18,699 nucleotides of DNA from a bacterium (GTDB lineage Bacteria > Arandabacterota > Arandabacteria > Arandabacterales > JALGWA01), in assembly GCA_050125095.1 (NCBI GenBank), contig JASFEA010000062.1, positions 1-18,699 of the forward strand, given 5' to 3'. The notes under the pieces are model-generated. The model saw only the letters and a list, made by a program, of their open reading frames with translations. It did no database searches and was not told the origin of the DNA. Shown here piece after piece: positions 1 through 10,100 of the stretch. Numbering within the stretch: the stretch's first letter is position 1; every line of letters begins with the position of its first letter. The translations under genes were made by a program, and so were the position numbers.

Positions 1-2
1 AG

Positions 3-956
3 GAAGCTCGGCTTGCGAGCCACCTGACCGTCAGGAGAGAAGCCGTTGACGCGATCGCGAAGAGGGCCGGATTGCCCCCCAGGGAGGCCGGACGGGACCT
101 CGTAGCGCTCGCCAGGCGCGGCATTGTCTGGTCTGGCGAAACAGACGGCGGAGCGGGCTTCAGGCTGGCGCCTTTCATTGTCGGCATATACGAAGCGCAG
201 CTGGGCACCATGGACGAGGAATTTGCGCGTCTTTACGAGCAGTACATGGAGCAAGGCGGGGCCGCGGGCATCATGAGGCCCCTGCCCTCCCTCCACAGGG
301 TCCTGCCCGGGCACGGCGCCATCGAGCCCGGCCGGGTCCTACCCTACGACGACGTCCGAGCCATCATCGAAAAGGGAAAGACGTTCCGCATCCGCGGCTG
401 CATCTGCCGCGTCCAGCAGGACCTCATCGGAGACCGCAAGTGCGACTTTCCTCTCGAGAATTGCATCACCATATACCAAACAGAGCGCCCGCCGTCCCCC
501 GACGACATTTCGATGGAGCGGGCGATTGAGATTCTGGATGAGACCGAGAAGATGGGCCTCGTCCACACCACCGCCAATGTTGTCAACGATATCACCTACA
601 TATGCAATTGCTGCGGGTGCTGCTGCGGCATTCTGAGGGGCTTCAATGAGTGGGGCATCGACGAGGCCATTGCCCGGGCCAATTACCTTGCGATTGTCGA
701 CGCCGAGGCATGCTCCGGATGCGAGATATGCGTCGAACGCTGCCAGGTAGGAGCCATGTCCATGAACGACGGCGCCGCGCATGTCGACGCGGCTCGCTGC
801 ATCGGCTGCGGGCTCTGCGTCACAGGATGTCCGGGCGACGCCGTCAGGCTCAAGCGCAAGCCCGACGCCGAAATCGTCGAACCTCCCGTCGACTATGCCA
901 CATGGGAGCGCGAACGGCTGCGGAACCGGGGGCTCGACGCCGCTGATTTTGCTTGA
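3..956 (+). CDS. 4Fe-4S dicluster (ferredoxin-like) domain protein with extra CxC and CNCCxCCC motifs; 5'-truncated
   Basis: The frame is open from position 3 (EARLASHLTVRREAVDAIAKRAGL...), so the ORF-track TTG at 72 is probably internal. C-terminal CSGCEICVERC and CIGCGLCVTGCP motifs, plus CICR (399) and CNCCGCCC (603-626). Stop TGA at 954-956. Confidence 0.88.
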   Translation, partial: EARLASHLTVRREAVDAIAKRAGLPPREAGRDLVALARRGIVWSGETDGGAGFRLAPFIVGIYEAQLGTMDEEFARLYEQYMEQGGAAGIMRPLPSLHRVLPGHGAIEPGRVLPYDDVRAIIEKGKTFRIRGCICRVQQDLIGDRKCDFPLENCITIYQTERPPSPDDISMERAIEILDETEKMGLVHTTANVVNDITYICNCCGCCCGILRGFNEWGIDEAIARANYLAIVDAEACSGCEICVERCQVGAMSMNDGAAHVDAARCIGCGLCVTGCPGDAVRLKRKPDAEIVEPPVDYATWERERLRNRGLDAADFA

Positions 957-992
957 AGTCCGTTCCCCATAAAGGCTAAAGAATAGACACGG

Positions 993-1013
993 CCGATTAA
1001 GCATAATCGGGAG
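993..1013 (+). promoter_or_regulatory. 7-bp inverted repeat (operator or hairpin) overlapping the RBS of kinase 1
   Basis: CCGATTA-AGCA-TAATCGG at 993-1010; GGGAG at 1009-1013; ATG at 1018. Confidence 0.4.
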
Positions 1014-1017
1014 CACC

Positions 1018-4005
1018 ATGGTGCCGGAAGAAAAGCAAGACGGCAAGCCGGAGGAGACGCGCGCATTCAAGAACCTGACCCCCGGCACGGCGATATCGCA
1101 CTACAAGATCGTCGATATGATAGGCGCCGGCGGGATGGGCGTGGTCTATAAGGCCGTTGACACGAAGCTCGATCGCACCGTAGCGCTAAAATTTCTCCCC
1201 CCGCACCTCCTGTGCGACGCCACTGCCCGGGCCCGCTTCGAGCACGAGGCCAAGTCGGCCTCCGCGCTCAACCACCCCAACATCACGACCATATATGAAA
1301 TCGACGATGACCAGGGGCGATGTTTCATCGCCATGGAATTCGTCGATGGGCAGTCACTGAGAGAGGTCCTGAAGGACAGGGTTCTCACCATGGACGAGGT
1401 GCTGGATATCGCTCTTCAGATAGGCCAGGGCCTCGACGCCGCCCACAAGAAGGATGTCGTTCACAGGGACATAAAGCCCGACAACATCATGGTGACAGAC
1501 GACAACAGGGTCAAGCTCATGGACTTCGGCCTTGCGAAGCTCCGCGGGGCCACGAGGGTCACCAGAACGGCAACCACGGTCGGCACGCTGCAGTACATGT
1601 CTCCCGAACAAGCCCACGGCAGGGACACAGACCAGCGATCCGACATCTTCTCCTTCGGCGCCGTGCTATACGAGATGGTAACCGGGCGCAAGGCCTTCCG
1701 GGGGGATAACGAGGCCGCTGTCATCAACTCGATCTTAAACATCCAGCCCGAACCCCTGGCCCGGTACAAGCGCGACGCCCCCGACGGCCTCCAGAGAATT
1801 GTGGACAAGGCGCTGGCCAAGGACAAAGAGGAAAGGTATCAGCACGCAGATGAGATGGTCGCGGACATCAGGCATGAAAAGCGCGTGTCCGAGCGCATCG
1901 ACCCCGCCGCGGCCCGGCATGTGCAGGCGACCCTGAAACCCAGAAAAGGAGCCTTCCGCCTGGTGGCGCTCCTGGCTGTGGTGGCGGCGGCCATCATTCT
2001 CTACCTCATTTTCGAGCCGTTCCGGATCGAGATGGGACCCGACAGGCAGGCGATGGCACAGGAGCACTCCCTCGCCATAATGTACTTCGAGAATCTAACC
2101 GACCCCGATGACACCGACAGGACCGCCCAGATGGTGACGGCCCTGCTCATAACCGATCTCTCCGAATCCGACTACATGCGGGTGGTGAGCCGCCAGCGGC
2201 TATACGACATTCTGGCCCGGCTGGGAAAAGAGGATCAGAAGGCGGTCGACAAGTCCGTTGCCACGGAGGTCGCAGCCGAAGCGGGGGTGAAATACATCCT
2301 CACGGGCACCGTTATCCGGACGGAGCCCAACATCGTGCTCACGTCGGAGATATCGGATGCAGCCACGGGCGAAATCCAGGCCACGCAGCGAGTGACGGGC
2401 GAACCCGGAGAAGACCTCTTCGCGGTGATAGACCGGCTGACCGTAGAAGTGCGCGGGGACATGTCGCTGCCCGAAGAAGCCGCAACCGAGGTTGACCAGA
2501 AGATAGCGGATGTAACCACCAGTTCAGAAGACGCATACCGGTATTACCTTGAGGGGCTGGAACTTGTAGAGAAGTACTACCAGGACGAAGCCAGGCCTTA
2601 TTTTCAGCGGGCAGTCGAATGCGACTCGACTTTCGCCATGGCCTATTATTACCTCGCCGCAACAACTACCGGACCGGAGAAGTACGCCCTCGCGGAAAAG
2701 GCCCTTGAACTGTCTGCAAATGCCAGCAAGATCGAACGATACTACATAGAATCCTACGCGGCGTTCCTGGAAGGAGATTATGAGGAAACCATAAGGCGGG
2801 GGCGCAGGATCTTCCGGCTGGATCCGGACCACAAGCTCGGCCTGTTCACGGCCGCCGTCATCTACAGCCAGTTCCTGGCGGAGCCCGAAAGCGCGGTCTA
2901 TTACTGCAACCGGGTGCTTGAGGTCGATCCTTTATACAAGTCGGCTTATAACATACTGGCCTACGCGTACGACCGCCTGGAGAAACCCGACTCCTCCATA
3001 TGGGCTATCAACCAGTATATCGCCCTGGCGCCCGACGAGCCCAATCCATATGACACGCGGGGGGATCTCTATGCCTGGAACGGCCGGCCGGAAGAGGCCC
3101 TGGCCTCCTACAGGAAAGCCGAGCAGATAAAGCCCGATTTCGCGGCGTCGACTATCAAGATCGGGAATATGTATCTCTTCCTCGGCGAGTACGCTCGCGC
3201 GGAGAGCTGCTACAAGATAGTAGCCTCCAGCGGGGACAAGTGGGACCGCTGCCGTGCAAGGACGTATATGGCGGCGGTACCTACATATCAGGGGAAGTTC
3301 GAAATTGCGCTGGAGATGCTGCGGGACGGGCTGGCCGCCGACGAGATGGAAGGGACCTTGCGCATATACAGCGCCCACAAGCACCGTATCGCCGCGGAAA
3401 TATACCGCGCGCTGGGAGAGGACGAGCCGGCCATAGAAGAGGCAAGGCGCTTCCGGGACGTAAACATGAGGGCGGACCCCGAGAACCCCTCCTATGTATT
3501 CGATATATACGGGCACATACTGGCGCTGGCGGGCGAGGTCGGCATGGCAAAGGAGCTGCTCCGGGAAGCCGAAAGCAGGCCCGACGGCGAAACCCTGAAG
3601 CAATACGACGCTTACTACGTTTTCCGTGGCCTCATCGCGCGGGCAGAGGGCGATTTCGAGGCAGCGACTGCAGAACTTGAAATGGCACTCGAGAAGGCAC
3701 CCGATCCATACCTGCATATAAGGAGCCTTCTTGCCGAAACCTGCCTGGAGGCGGGCAGGCACGATCTCGCCATCGCATATCTGGAGAAAGCGCTTTCCAG
3801 ATACGACGGCTCCAGGGCTCTGTCCGCGATAAGGGCGGTCTCGGCATATTACCTGCTCGGAAGGGCATATGAGGCGTCGGGGTGGAAGGAGAGGGCAATA
3901 GAGCAGTACGAGAAATTCCTGAATATATATAAGGACGCCGACCCGGGCATTGCGGAAGTTGAAGACGCCCGGGCTCGACTCGAGCGGCTCCGGGCCGCTT
4001 CATAG
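1018..4005 (+). CDS. Membrane-anchored Hanks-type Ser/Thr protein kinase with TolB-N/FlgO-like domain and TPR repeats (kinase 1)
   Basis: Motifs GAGGMGVV, VALK, HRDIKPDN, DFG, GTLQYMSPE, SDIFSFG. TM segment LVALLAVVAAAIILYLIF (~1957-2013). SLAIMYFEN-type domain, then TPR helices, ending KDADPGIAEVEDARARL. SD GGGAG upstream. Confidence 0.95.
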   Translation: MVPEEKQDGKPEETRAFKNLTPGTAISHYKIVDMIGAGGMGVVYKAVDTKLDRTVALKFLPPHLLCDATARARFEHEAKSASALNHPNITTIYEIDDDQGRCFIAMEFVDGQSLREVLKDRVLTMDEVLDIALQIGQGLDAAHKKDVVHRDIKPDNIMVTDDNRVKLMDFGLAKLRGATRVTRTATTVGTLQYMSPEQAHGRDTDQRSDIFSFGAVLYEMVTGRKAFRGDNEAAVINSILNIQPEPLARYKRDAPDGLQRIVDKALAKDKEERYQHADEMVADIRHEKRVSERIDPAAARHVQATLKPRKGAFRLVALLAVVAAAIILYLIFEPFRIEMGPDRQAMAQEHSLAIMYFENLTDPDDTDRTAQMVTALLITDLSESDYMRVVSRQRLYDILARLGKEDQKAVDKSVATEVAAEAGVKYILTGTVIRTEPNIVLTSEISDAATGEIQATQRVTGEPGEDLFAVIDRLTVEVRGDMSLPEEAATEVDQKIADVTTSSEDAYRYYLEGLELVEKYYQDEARPYFQRAVECDSTFAMAYYYLAATTTGPEKYALAEKALELSANASKIERYYIESYAAFLEGDYEETIRRGRRIFRLDPDHKLGLFTAAVIYSQFLAEPESAVYYCNRVLEVDPLYKSAYNILAYAYDRLEKPDSSIWAINQYIALAPDEPNPYDTRGDLYAWNGRPEEALASYRKAEQIKPDFAASTIKIGNMYLFLGEYARAESCYKIVASSGDKWDRCRARTYMAAVPTYQGKFEIALEMLRDGLAADEMEGTLRIYSAHKHRIAAEIYRALGEDEPAIEEARRFRDVNMRADPENPSYVFDIYGHILALAGEVGMAKELLREAESRPDGETLKQYDAYYVFRGLIARAEGDFEAATAELEMALEKAPDPYLHIRSLLAETCLEAGRHDLAIAYLEKALSRYDGSRALSAIRAVSAYYLLGRAYEASGWKERAIEQYEKFLNIYKDADPGIAEVEDARARLERLRAAS

Positions 4006-4020
4006 CGAGAGCGAATTCTC

Positions 4021-6996
4021 ATGAATGACGAAGAGTACAACATGGTCCCTGACGAGACCCGTTCTTTCAAGATGCTTGCGCCCGGCACCGTGGTCTCTCA
4101 CTACAGGATTGTGGAGAAGATCGGCGCAGGCGGGATGGGAGTCGTGTATCGGGCAGTTGACACCCGGCTCAAGCGCACGGTCGCCCTGAAGTTCCTTCCT
4201 CCCCATCTTCTCTGCGACGCGACGGCCAGGGAGCGATTCGAACACGAGGCGCAGGCGGCTTCCGCTCTCAACCACCCCAATATAACCACGATATATGAGA
4301 TCGATGAAGAAAAGGACCGCTGCTTTATTGCCATGGAGTTCATCGACGGCAAATCCATCAAACAGACCCTCCAGGAGAAAAACCTCTTCATAGATGAGGT
4401 TCTGGAATTGGCCATCCAGGTGGGCGAGGGACTGGCTGCCGCGCATAGAAAGAGTGTCGTCCACCGGGATGTTAAATCGGACAACATCATGCTCGCGGCC
4501 GACGGGCGGGTCAAGATAATGGACTTCGGGCTCGCCAAGCTGAGGGGCGCCACCCGCCTCACCAGGACCTCAACCACGGTCGGGACGCTTCAGTACATGT
4601 CTCCCGAGCAGGCGCAGGGAAAGGAAACCGACCGGCGGTCCGACATATTCTCTTTCGGAGTCGTCCTGTACGAGATGATAACCGGCCGGCTCCCGTTCGC
4701 CGGCGACAATGAGGCCGCCGTGATCCGGTCCATATTGAGCGATACCCCCGAGCCCCTAGCCAGGTACAAGGCCGACGTACCGGATGGCCTGCAGCGAATC
4801 GTCGAAAAGGCCCTGTATAAGGACAAAGAAGTGAGATATCAACACGCCGACGACATGGTGGCCGATCTCAAGCGGGAGAAGCATGTGTCCGAGCGAATGG
4901 AGCCTACGCAAGCGCCCGCGGCCCCGGCGCCTGAGAGACGGGAAGGGCGCCTCTTGAGGTTCGTAGTGCCCGCCGCGATAGTCGCGCTTGCCATTCTGCT
5001 CCTCTTCATCTTCGAGCCTTTCCGCATAGAGATGGGACCCGATACCGTAGCCGAAGCCCAGGAGAACTCGCTGGCCGTCATGTACTTCGAAAATGTCGTG
5101 GACGCTGCCGATACGGACAAGACCGCGAGAATGATAACGAGCCTCTTGATTGCCGACCTCTCCGAATCACCGCAGATGTACGTGATAAGCAGACAGCGCC
5201 TGTACGATATACTCCGTTCTCTCGGCAAGGAAGACCTGGAAACAATCGACAGGGGCGTGGCCTCGGAGGTTGCCCAACGCGCGCAGGCGAAGCTCATTCT
5301 CACCGGCGAAATCCTCCAGGTCGAACCCAGCCTCGTGGTCACCTCGGACATCTCCGAAGCCGCGACCGGCAGGATTATTGCAACACAGAGAGTTGCCGGA
5401 GAAGATGGGGATGACATATTCGCGGTCGCGGCCAAACTGGGCGAGGCCGTGAAATCCGACATGGACCTTCCCGAAAAACCCCGCGGCGGTCCGAGGCCCT
5501 TGTCCCAGGAACCTACAACCAGGTCACGTGAAGCCTTCAGATATTACACAGAGGGCGTCGACTACATACATAAGGCGTACTGGTCTGATGCGGAGAGGTG
5601 CCTCAGAAGGGCCATCGCGATCGACTCCACATTCGCTACCGCATACGGGGCACTATCCTTCATTCTGGTCGAACCAGAGTTGACCTGGGCCCTTGATAAA
5701 GCCATGGAATACGCGGATCATGCCAGCCCGAGGGAGAAGCTCTACATAAGTGCTCTATATGCCCGGCACGCCGGGGACAGCAATCGCGCCCTTGAGCTCC
5801 TCAAAGAGTACGTCGAAAAATACCCCGAAGCCGACACCGGCTACTACATGATCGCGAGGATTTACAAGAGCGACCTCGCGAACCCGGAAGAGGCAATCGC
5901 CTGGGCGAGGAAACTGACGGGTGAAAATCCATATCACGCACAGGCCTACAACTTAATGGCCTACACCTATGAGGAGATGGGGGACCTCCCCAATGCCATC
6001 TGGGCCATAAACGAGTATATCACGCTCGTCCCGGATGAGGCCAATCCCTACGATTCCAGGGGCGACATCTACGCATACAACGGCAGGCTCGATGAGGCCA
6101 TGGAATCATACAAGACGGCAAACACCAAGAAACCCGGCTTCTCCACGCGCAAGATAGGCATGATACATCTATACAAGCGAGAATACCGCCAGGCCGAGGC
6201 CTGCTTCAGGCAAGTCGCCGAGGGCGAGGACAGGGAATTGCGTTCTCTGGGAAGATGGTATCTCGCGGCTCTGCCCCTTTACCAGGGCAAGCTCAAGGAG
6301 GGCATAGCCGCCGCGGAGGATGGGATCGCCGCCGACAGGATGGAGCAGATAACTCCATACTACGGGTTCGAGAAGTATAGACTCCTTGCAGCGGCTCATC
6401 TGGCGGCCGGCAATGCGGACGCCGCAATCGAGTGGGCGCGTAGGGGCCTGGAAGCCAGCCGGGGAGTCGACTCCGATCATGCCTTTTATCTGCTGCCTTA
6501 TCTTACAGCTCTGGTAGAGGGCGGCCGCCTGGAGGAAACCGAGGATGCAGCCGAACCGGTCTTGAGGGACTTCGAGGACAGCCCCGACGCCCTCTTGTGG
6601 TCGCAATGGATGTCACTGGCCGTTCTGGAGCGGGGACGGGGCGACCTCGATACGGCAATAAGGCATGCCGAGAAAGCCATCCAGACAGCAGACACGCCAA
6701 TGTATTACCTTTACGACTTCCTCGCCACCTGTTGCATTGAGGCCGCCAGGCCCGGGCGTGCCGTGGAGGCGCTAGAGTATGCCTTGGGGAGATTCGACGA
6801 ACTCAGGCTGGCCATACCTACGCAGGCCGCCACGGGTTACTACCATCTCGGAATAGCCTATGAGATGTCGGGCTGGAACGAGAAGGCAATAGGGCAGTAC
6901 GAGACCTTCCTCGGCCTCTGGAAAGACGCCGATCCCGGTATCCCCGTGGTAGATGAGGCCCGCGGGCGCCTGGCGGGGCTCAGGGCCTCCTCCTAG
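4021..6996 (+). CDS. Paralogous membrane-anchored Ser/Thr kinase, TolB-N-like domain, TPR repeats (kinase 2)
   Basis: Motifs GAGGMGVV, VALK, HRDVKSDN, DFG, GTLQYMSPE. TM segment FVVPAAIVALAILLLFIF. SLAVMYFEN domain, TPRs, WKDADPGIPVVDEARGRL. Starts 15 bp after kinase 1. An alternative start at 4042 (MVP, as in kinase 1) is possible. Confidence 0.95.
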   Translation: MNDEEYNMVPDETRSFKMLAPGTVVSHYRIVEKIGAGGMGVVYRAVDTRLKRTVALKFLPPHLLCDATARERFEHEAQAASALNHPNITTIYEIDEEKDRCFIAMEFIDGKSIKQTLQEKNLFIDEVLELAIQVGEGLAAAHRKSVVHRDVKSDNIMLAADGRVKIMDFGLAKLRGATRLTRTSTTVGTLQYMSPEQAQGKETDRRSDIFSFGVVLYEMITGRLPFAGDNEAAVIRSILSDTPEPLARYKADVPDGLQRIVEKALYKDKEVRYQHADDMVADLKREKHVSERMEPTQAPAAPAPERREGRLLRFVVPAAIVALAILLLFIFEPFRIEMGPDTVAEAQENSLAVMYFENVVDAADTDKTARMITSLLIADLSESPQMYVISRQRLYDILRSLGKEDLETIDRGVASEVAQRAQAKLILTGEILQVEPSLVVTSDISEAATGRIIATQRVAGEDGDDIFAVAAKLGEAVKSDMDLPEKPRGGPRPLSQEPTTRSREAFRYYTEGVDYIHKAYWSDAERCLRRAIAIDSTFATAYGALSFILVEPELTWALDKAMEYADHASPREKLYISALYARHAGDSNRALELLKEYVEKYPEADTGYYMIARIYKSDLANPEEAIAWARKLTGENPYHAQAYNLMAYTYEEMGDLPNAIWAINEYITLVPDEANPYDSRGDIYAYNGRLDEAMESYKTANTKKPGFSTRKIGMIHLYKREYRQAEACFRQVAEGEDRELRSLGRWYLAALPLYQGKLKEGIAAAEDGIAADRMEQITPYYGFEKYRLLAAAHLAAGNADAAIEWARRGLEASRGVDSDHAFYLLPYLTALVEGGRLEETEDAAEPVLRDFEDSPDALLWSQWMSLAVLERGRGDLDTAIRHAEKAIQTADTPMYYLYDFLATCCIEAARPGRAVEALEYALGRFDELRLAIPTQAATGYYHLGIAYEMSGWNEKAIGQYETFLGLWKDADPGIPVVDEARGRLAGLRASS

Positions 6997-7085
6997 AGCC
7001 GAGGTCCTCACGACAGACTCCCGATTACGAGCTCCGGCCCGCTTGTTCACTGCTGTGCAGCACACTGACCGCATGCAGAAATATC

Positions 7086-7115
7086 TTGATTTTTAAGCCG
7101 CCTCTGTGGTACAAT
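7086..7115 (+). promoter_or_regulatory. Sigma70-type promoter for the C25 protease gene
   Basis: TTGATT (7086-7091), 18-bp spacer, TACAAT (7110-7115), with extended -10 TG at 7107-7108. Confidence 0.6.
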
Positions 7116-7120
7116 TTGTT

Positions 7121-7145
7121 TGAGAGCGGGGACGCCCCGCTCTCA
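7121..7145 (+). other. Perfect 11-bp stem-loop at the predicted 5' end of the protease transcript
   Basis: TGAGAGCGGGG-ACG-CCCCGCTCTCA, followed only by a weak U-tract (TCACTTT). Confidence 0.65.
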
Positions 7146-7157
7146 TCACTTTAGGCG

Positions 7158-10100
7158 GTGATGCAGTTGAGAAAGAGACCGGACAGGCGGATACAAGCAG
7201 CAATTGTAGGCGCTATTTGCACTATATTGCTGCTTTTTGCGCATTCACAGGCCTCAGTTCTCACCCGAGCCCTCCACCTCCCGGCACCCGAGATTACATA
7301 TCGGGACGGCTTCTGTGTCGTCGCACTTGAAGACGCGCCGTCTCTGGGAAATCCAGGAGAGCCCCTCCTCCCCGTATACAGCCTCCAGGTCCTGCTTCCG
7401 CAGGGGGAGGATGTTACGGCAATAACTGCCGATATCTCAAGAATTGAGGAAATACGTATAGGCCACCCTGTCGCTTGCGCCCAGGGCCAGTTCCGCCTGA
7501 GCCGGACGGCGCCTCTCAGAACCACCCTGCCGGATGAGACGATTTACGGCGGCGGGGACGCCTTCCCCGCGGCGAGGGCTGTCCATGTGACCACACAGAC
7601 CTGCCGGGGCTACAACATAGCATTTATCAATGTATATCCGATTGTATATGTCCCGGCCGAGAAAAAGCTCCTGGCAGCCCGTGACCTCGAAATCGTTGTC
7701 GAAACGTCGCCGAGCACCAGAATGCTCTCAAGGTCAATGCAGACACTCCGCGTCCACCATGCCCGGGACGCGGCCGTCGTGGATCGCCTTGTGGACGACT
7801 CGGGCGCCGCAGCGACTTATACGGTTGAAGCTCCATTCCCGGTATTCTCGGGGCTCGTCGACCCTGACGAGACCTATCCCTATGTAATCATTACGAACTA
7901 CTTCTTCAGGACTCTCTTCGAGCCCCTCAAGGCATATAAGGACAGCACGGGCCTCAAGACCAAGATCGTCCATCTCGGAGATATAAACGCCAACTACCCG
8001 GGCGCAGACATTGAGGAGAAGACGCGCAATTTCATCAAGGACGCGTACGCCAACTGGGAGACCGAGTACGTGCTGCTGGGCGCCGACCGCGAGTGGATAA
8101 GGCCGCGCGGCTTATTCGCCACCGCCGCCGGGGATTCGGACCTGGACATAGCCTCCGATCTCTATTACGCGGCGCTGGACGGCAACTGGAACGATGACGG
8201 CGACGCCTACTGGGGAGAGCCGGGTGAGGAAGATCTCATACCAGAGGTTAGCCTTGGCAGGCTCGCCGTGGGTGACAGCGCCCAGGTCGTAGACTTCGTA
8301 AACAAGATTCTGAAGTACGAGCGCTCGCCAGTGGCCGGCCAGGTCGAGACGGCCGCGATGCTCGGCGAGATTATAAGCGGCGGCACCTACGGCGCAGACT
8401 ACATGAACGAGATGAGGGACGGCTCTTCGGCAAATGGCTATACGACCGCCGGGCTCGACGGCGGCTTCGTCGCAGACTCGCTCTATGACCGGGATTTCTA
8501 TCCGGCCGAGTGGGACAAGGACGACCTGGTTCCGCTCCTTAACAGCGGCAGACACCTGGTCAATCACATCGGCCACTGTAACCTATACAACGCCCTCAAG
8601 ATGGATAATGACGACGCGGACACCTCTTTCACCAACGACGGCGTGACATCAACATATTTCATTCTATATACGCAGGGGTGTTACGCGGGAGCCTTCGACA
8701 ACAGGGATACCGACGGCTCGCAGCTGCAGGACGACTGCATCGCCGAGCATATAACGTTCAACCAGAACGGCGCTGTCGCGTTCATAGGCAACACCCGCTA
8801 CGGTTACTACTCCAGCGGAAACACGCGCGGCGCTTCGCAGTACTTCAACAGGCAGTTCTACGACGCCATATTCGATGAGGGCATTACCGCCATAGGCAGG
8901 GCCAATGACGATTCGCGCGTCGACAACATTTCCCTTATTGAATTCGAGGCCATGCGATGGGTGTACTACACGCTCACCCTTCTCGGCGATCCCAGCATGG
9001 ACATCTGGACCGCGACGCCGGACAGTCTTGCGGTGACCCATCCCGACACCGTTTTTGCCTGTGAGAACGAGATCGCCATAGATGTAAGCGACGGGTTTGG
9101 CCCGGTTGAGGGCGCCCGCGTCAGTCTCTTCACAGATGACACGTTCTCCCTTGGCTTCACCGGGAGCGCCGGGACATGCGAGATCGACCCCCTCACAGAG
9201 ACGCCGGGCGAACTTTACATTTCAGTTACGGCCCACAACTTCTACTCATACCTCGACACGATCACGGTGGTCACGTCCGAAGGGCCGCTGGTGACTTTCG
9301 AGGGCTTTACCACAGACGATGACACTACGGGTGCAAGCTCCGGGAATTCCAACAGCGAAGTGGATGCCGGAGAGACGATAGAGTCGATAGTAACACTTAG
9401 GAACGCCGGACAGGACACCGCCTACTATGTCACGGCTTTACTCTCAACTGCGAGTCCTTACGTGAGCCTTATCGACTCTACGGGTATTTACGGAGACATT
9501 CCGCCCGACAGCGTGAATTCTCCTTCCTGGAGCTTCGCCTATTCAATCCTGCCCGGCTGCCCCGACGGTGAGACCCTATGCTTCGACTTGTCAATCGACC
9601 ACGACGACACGACTGTGGTGAGGACGTTCGAGGCGGCGGTGCATGCTCCGGTGCTATCGGTTGCGGGCATTTCAACAGCCGACACGCTTTACGGGGACGC
9701 CAACGGCTGCCTCGAGGCAAGCGAGACATTCGAGCTGGCGCTCGATTTTAAGAACGTGGGTTCCGGCTTGGGCGCTGGCATCGCCATAGAAATCACGGAG
9801 AACGACCCATATGTGACGCTGGACGTCGACAGCGCCTATATAGATACCCTGGCCGCCGATTCGACGAGAACGGCATCGCCCGCATATCTGATTACCCTGG
9901 CGCCCGACTGCCCCGAGTTTCACGAGATCAACCTCGGCATAAATATCGCATTCGAAAGCGGAAGGCAGCTCGCCGAAAGCACGACAATTTATGTCGGCGG
10001 CTGGCTGGAGGACGACTTCGAGGGCGGCGACAGGGGATGGACGCACATCAACCTCTGGCCCACATACGAAGACGAGTGGCATATCGAGGATTACAGGAAC

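Noticed and set aside
72..74. TTG start for the Fe-S protein
   Set aside because: The frame stays open and protein-like to the window edge, so the gene is probably 5'-truncated.
4462..4485. HRDVKSDN in kinase 2 as a pseudokinase sign
   Set aside because: The catalytic Asp, Lys and Asn, the VALK lysine and DFG are all intact. Pro-to-Ser here is a tolerated variant.
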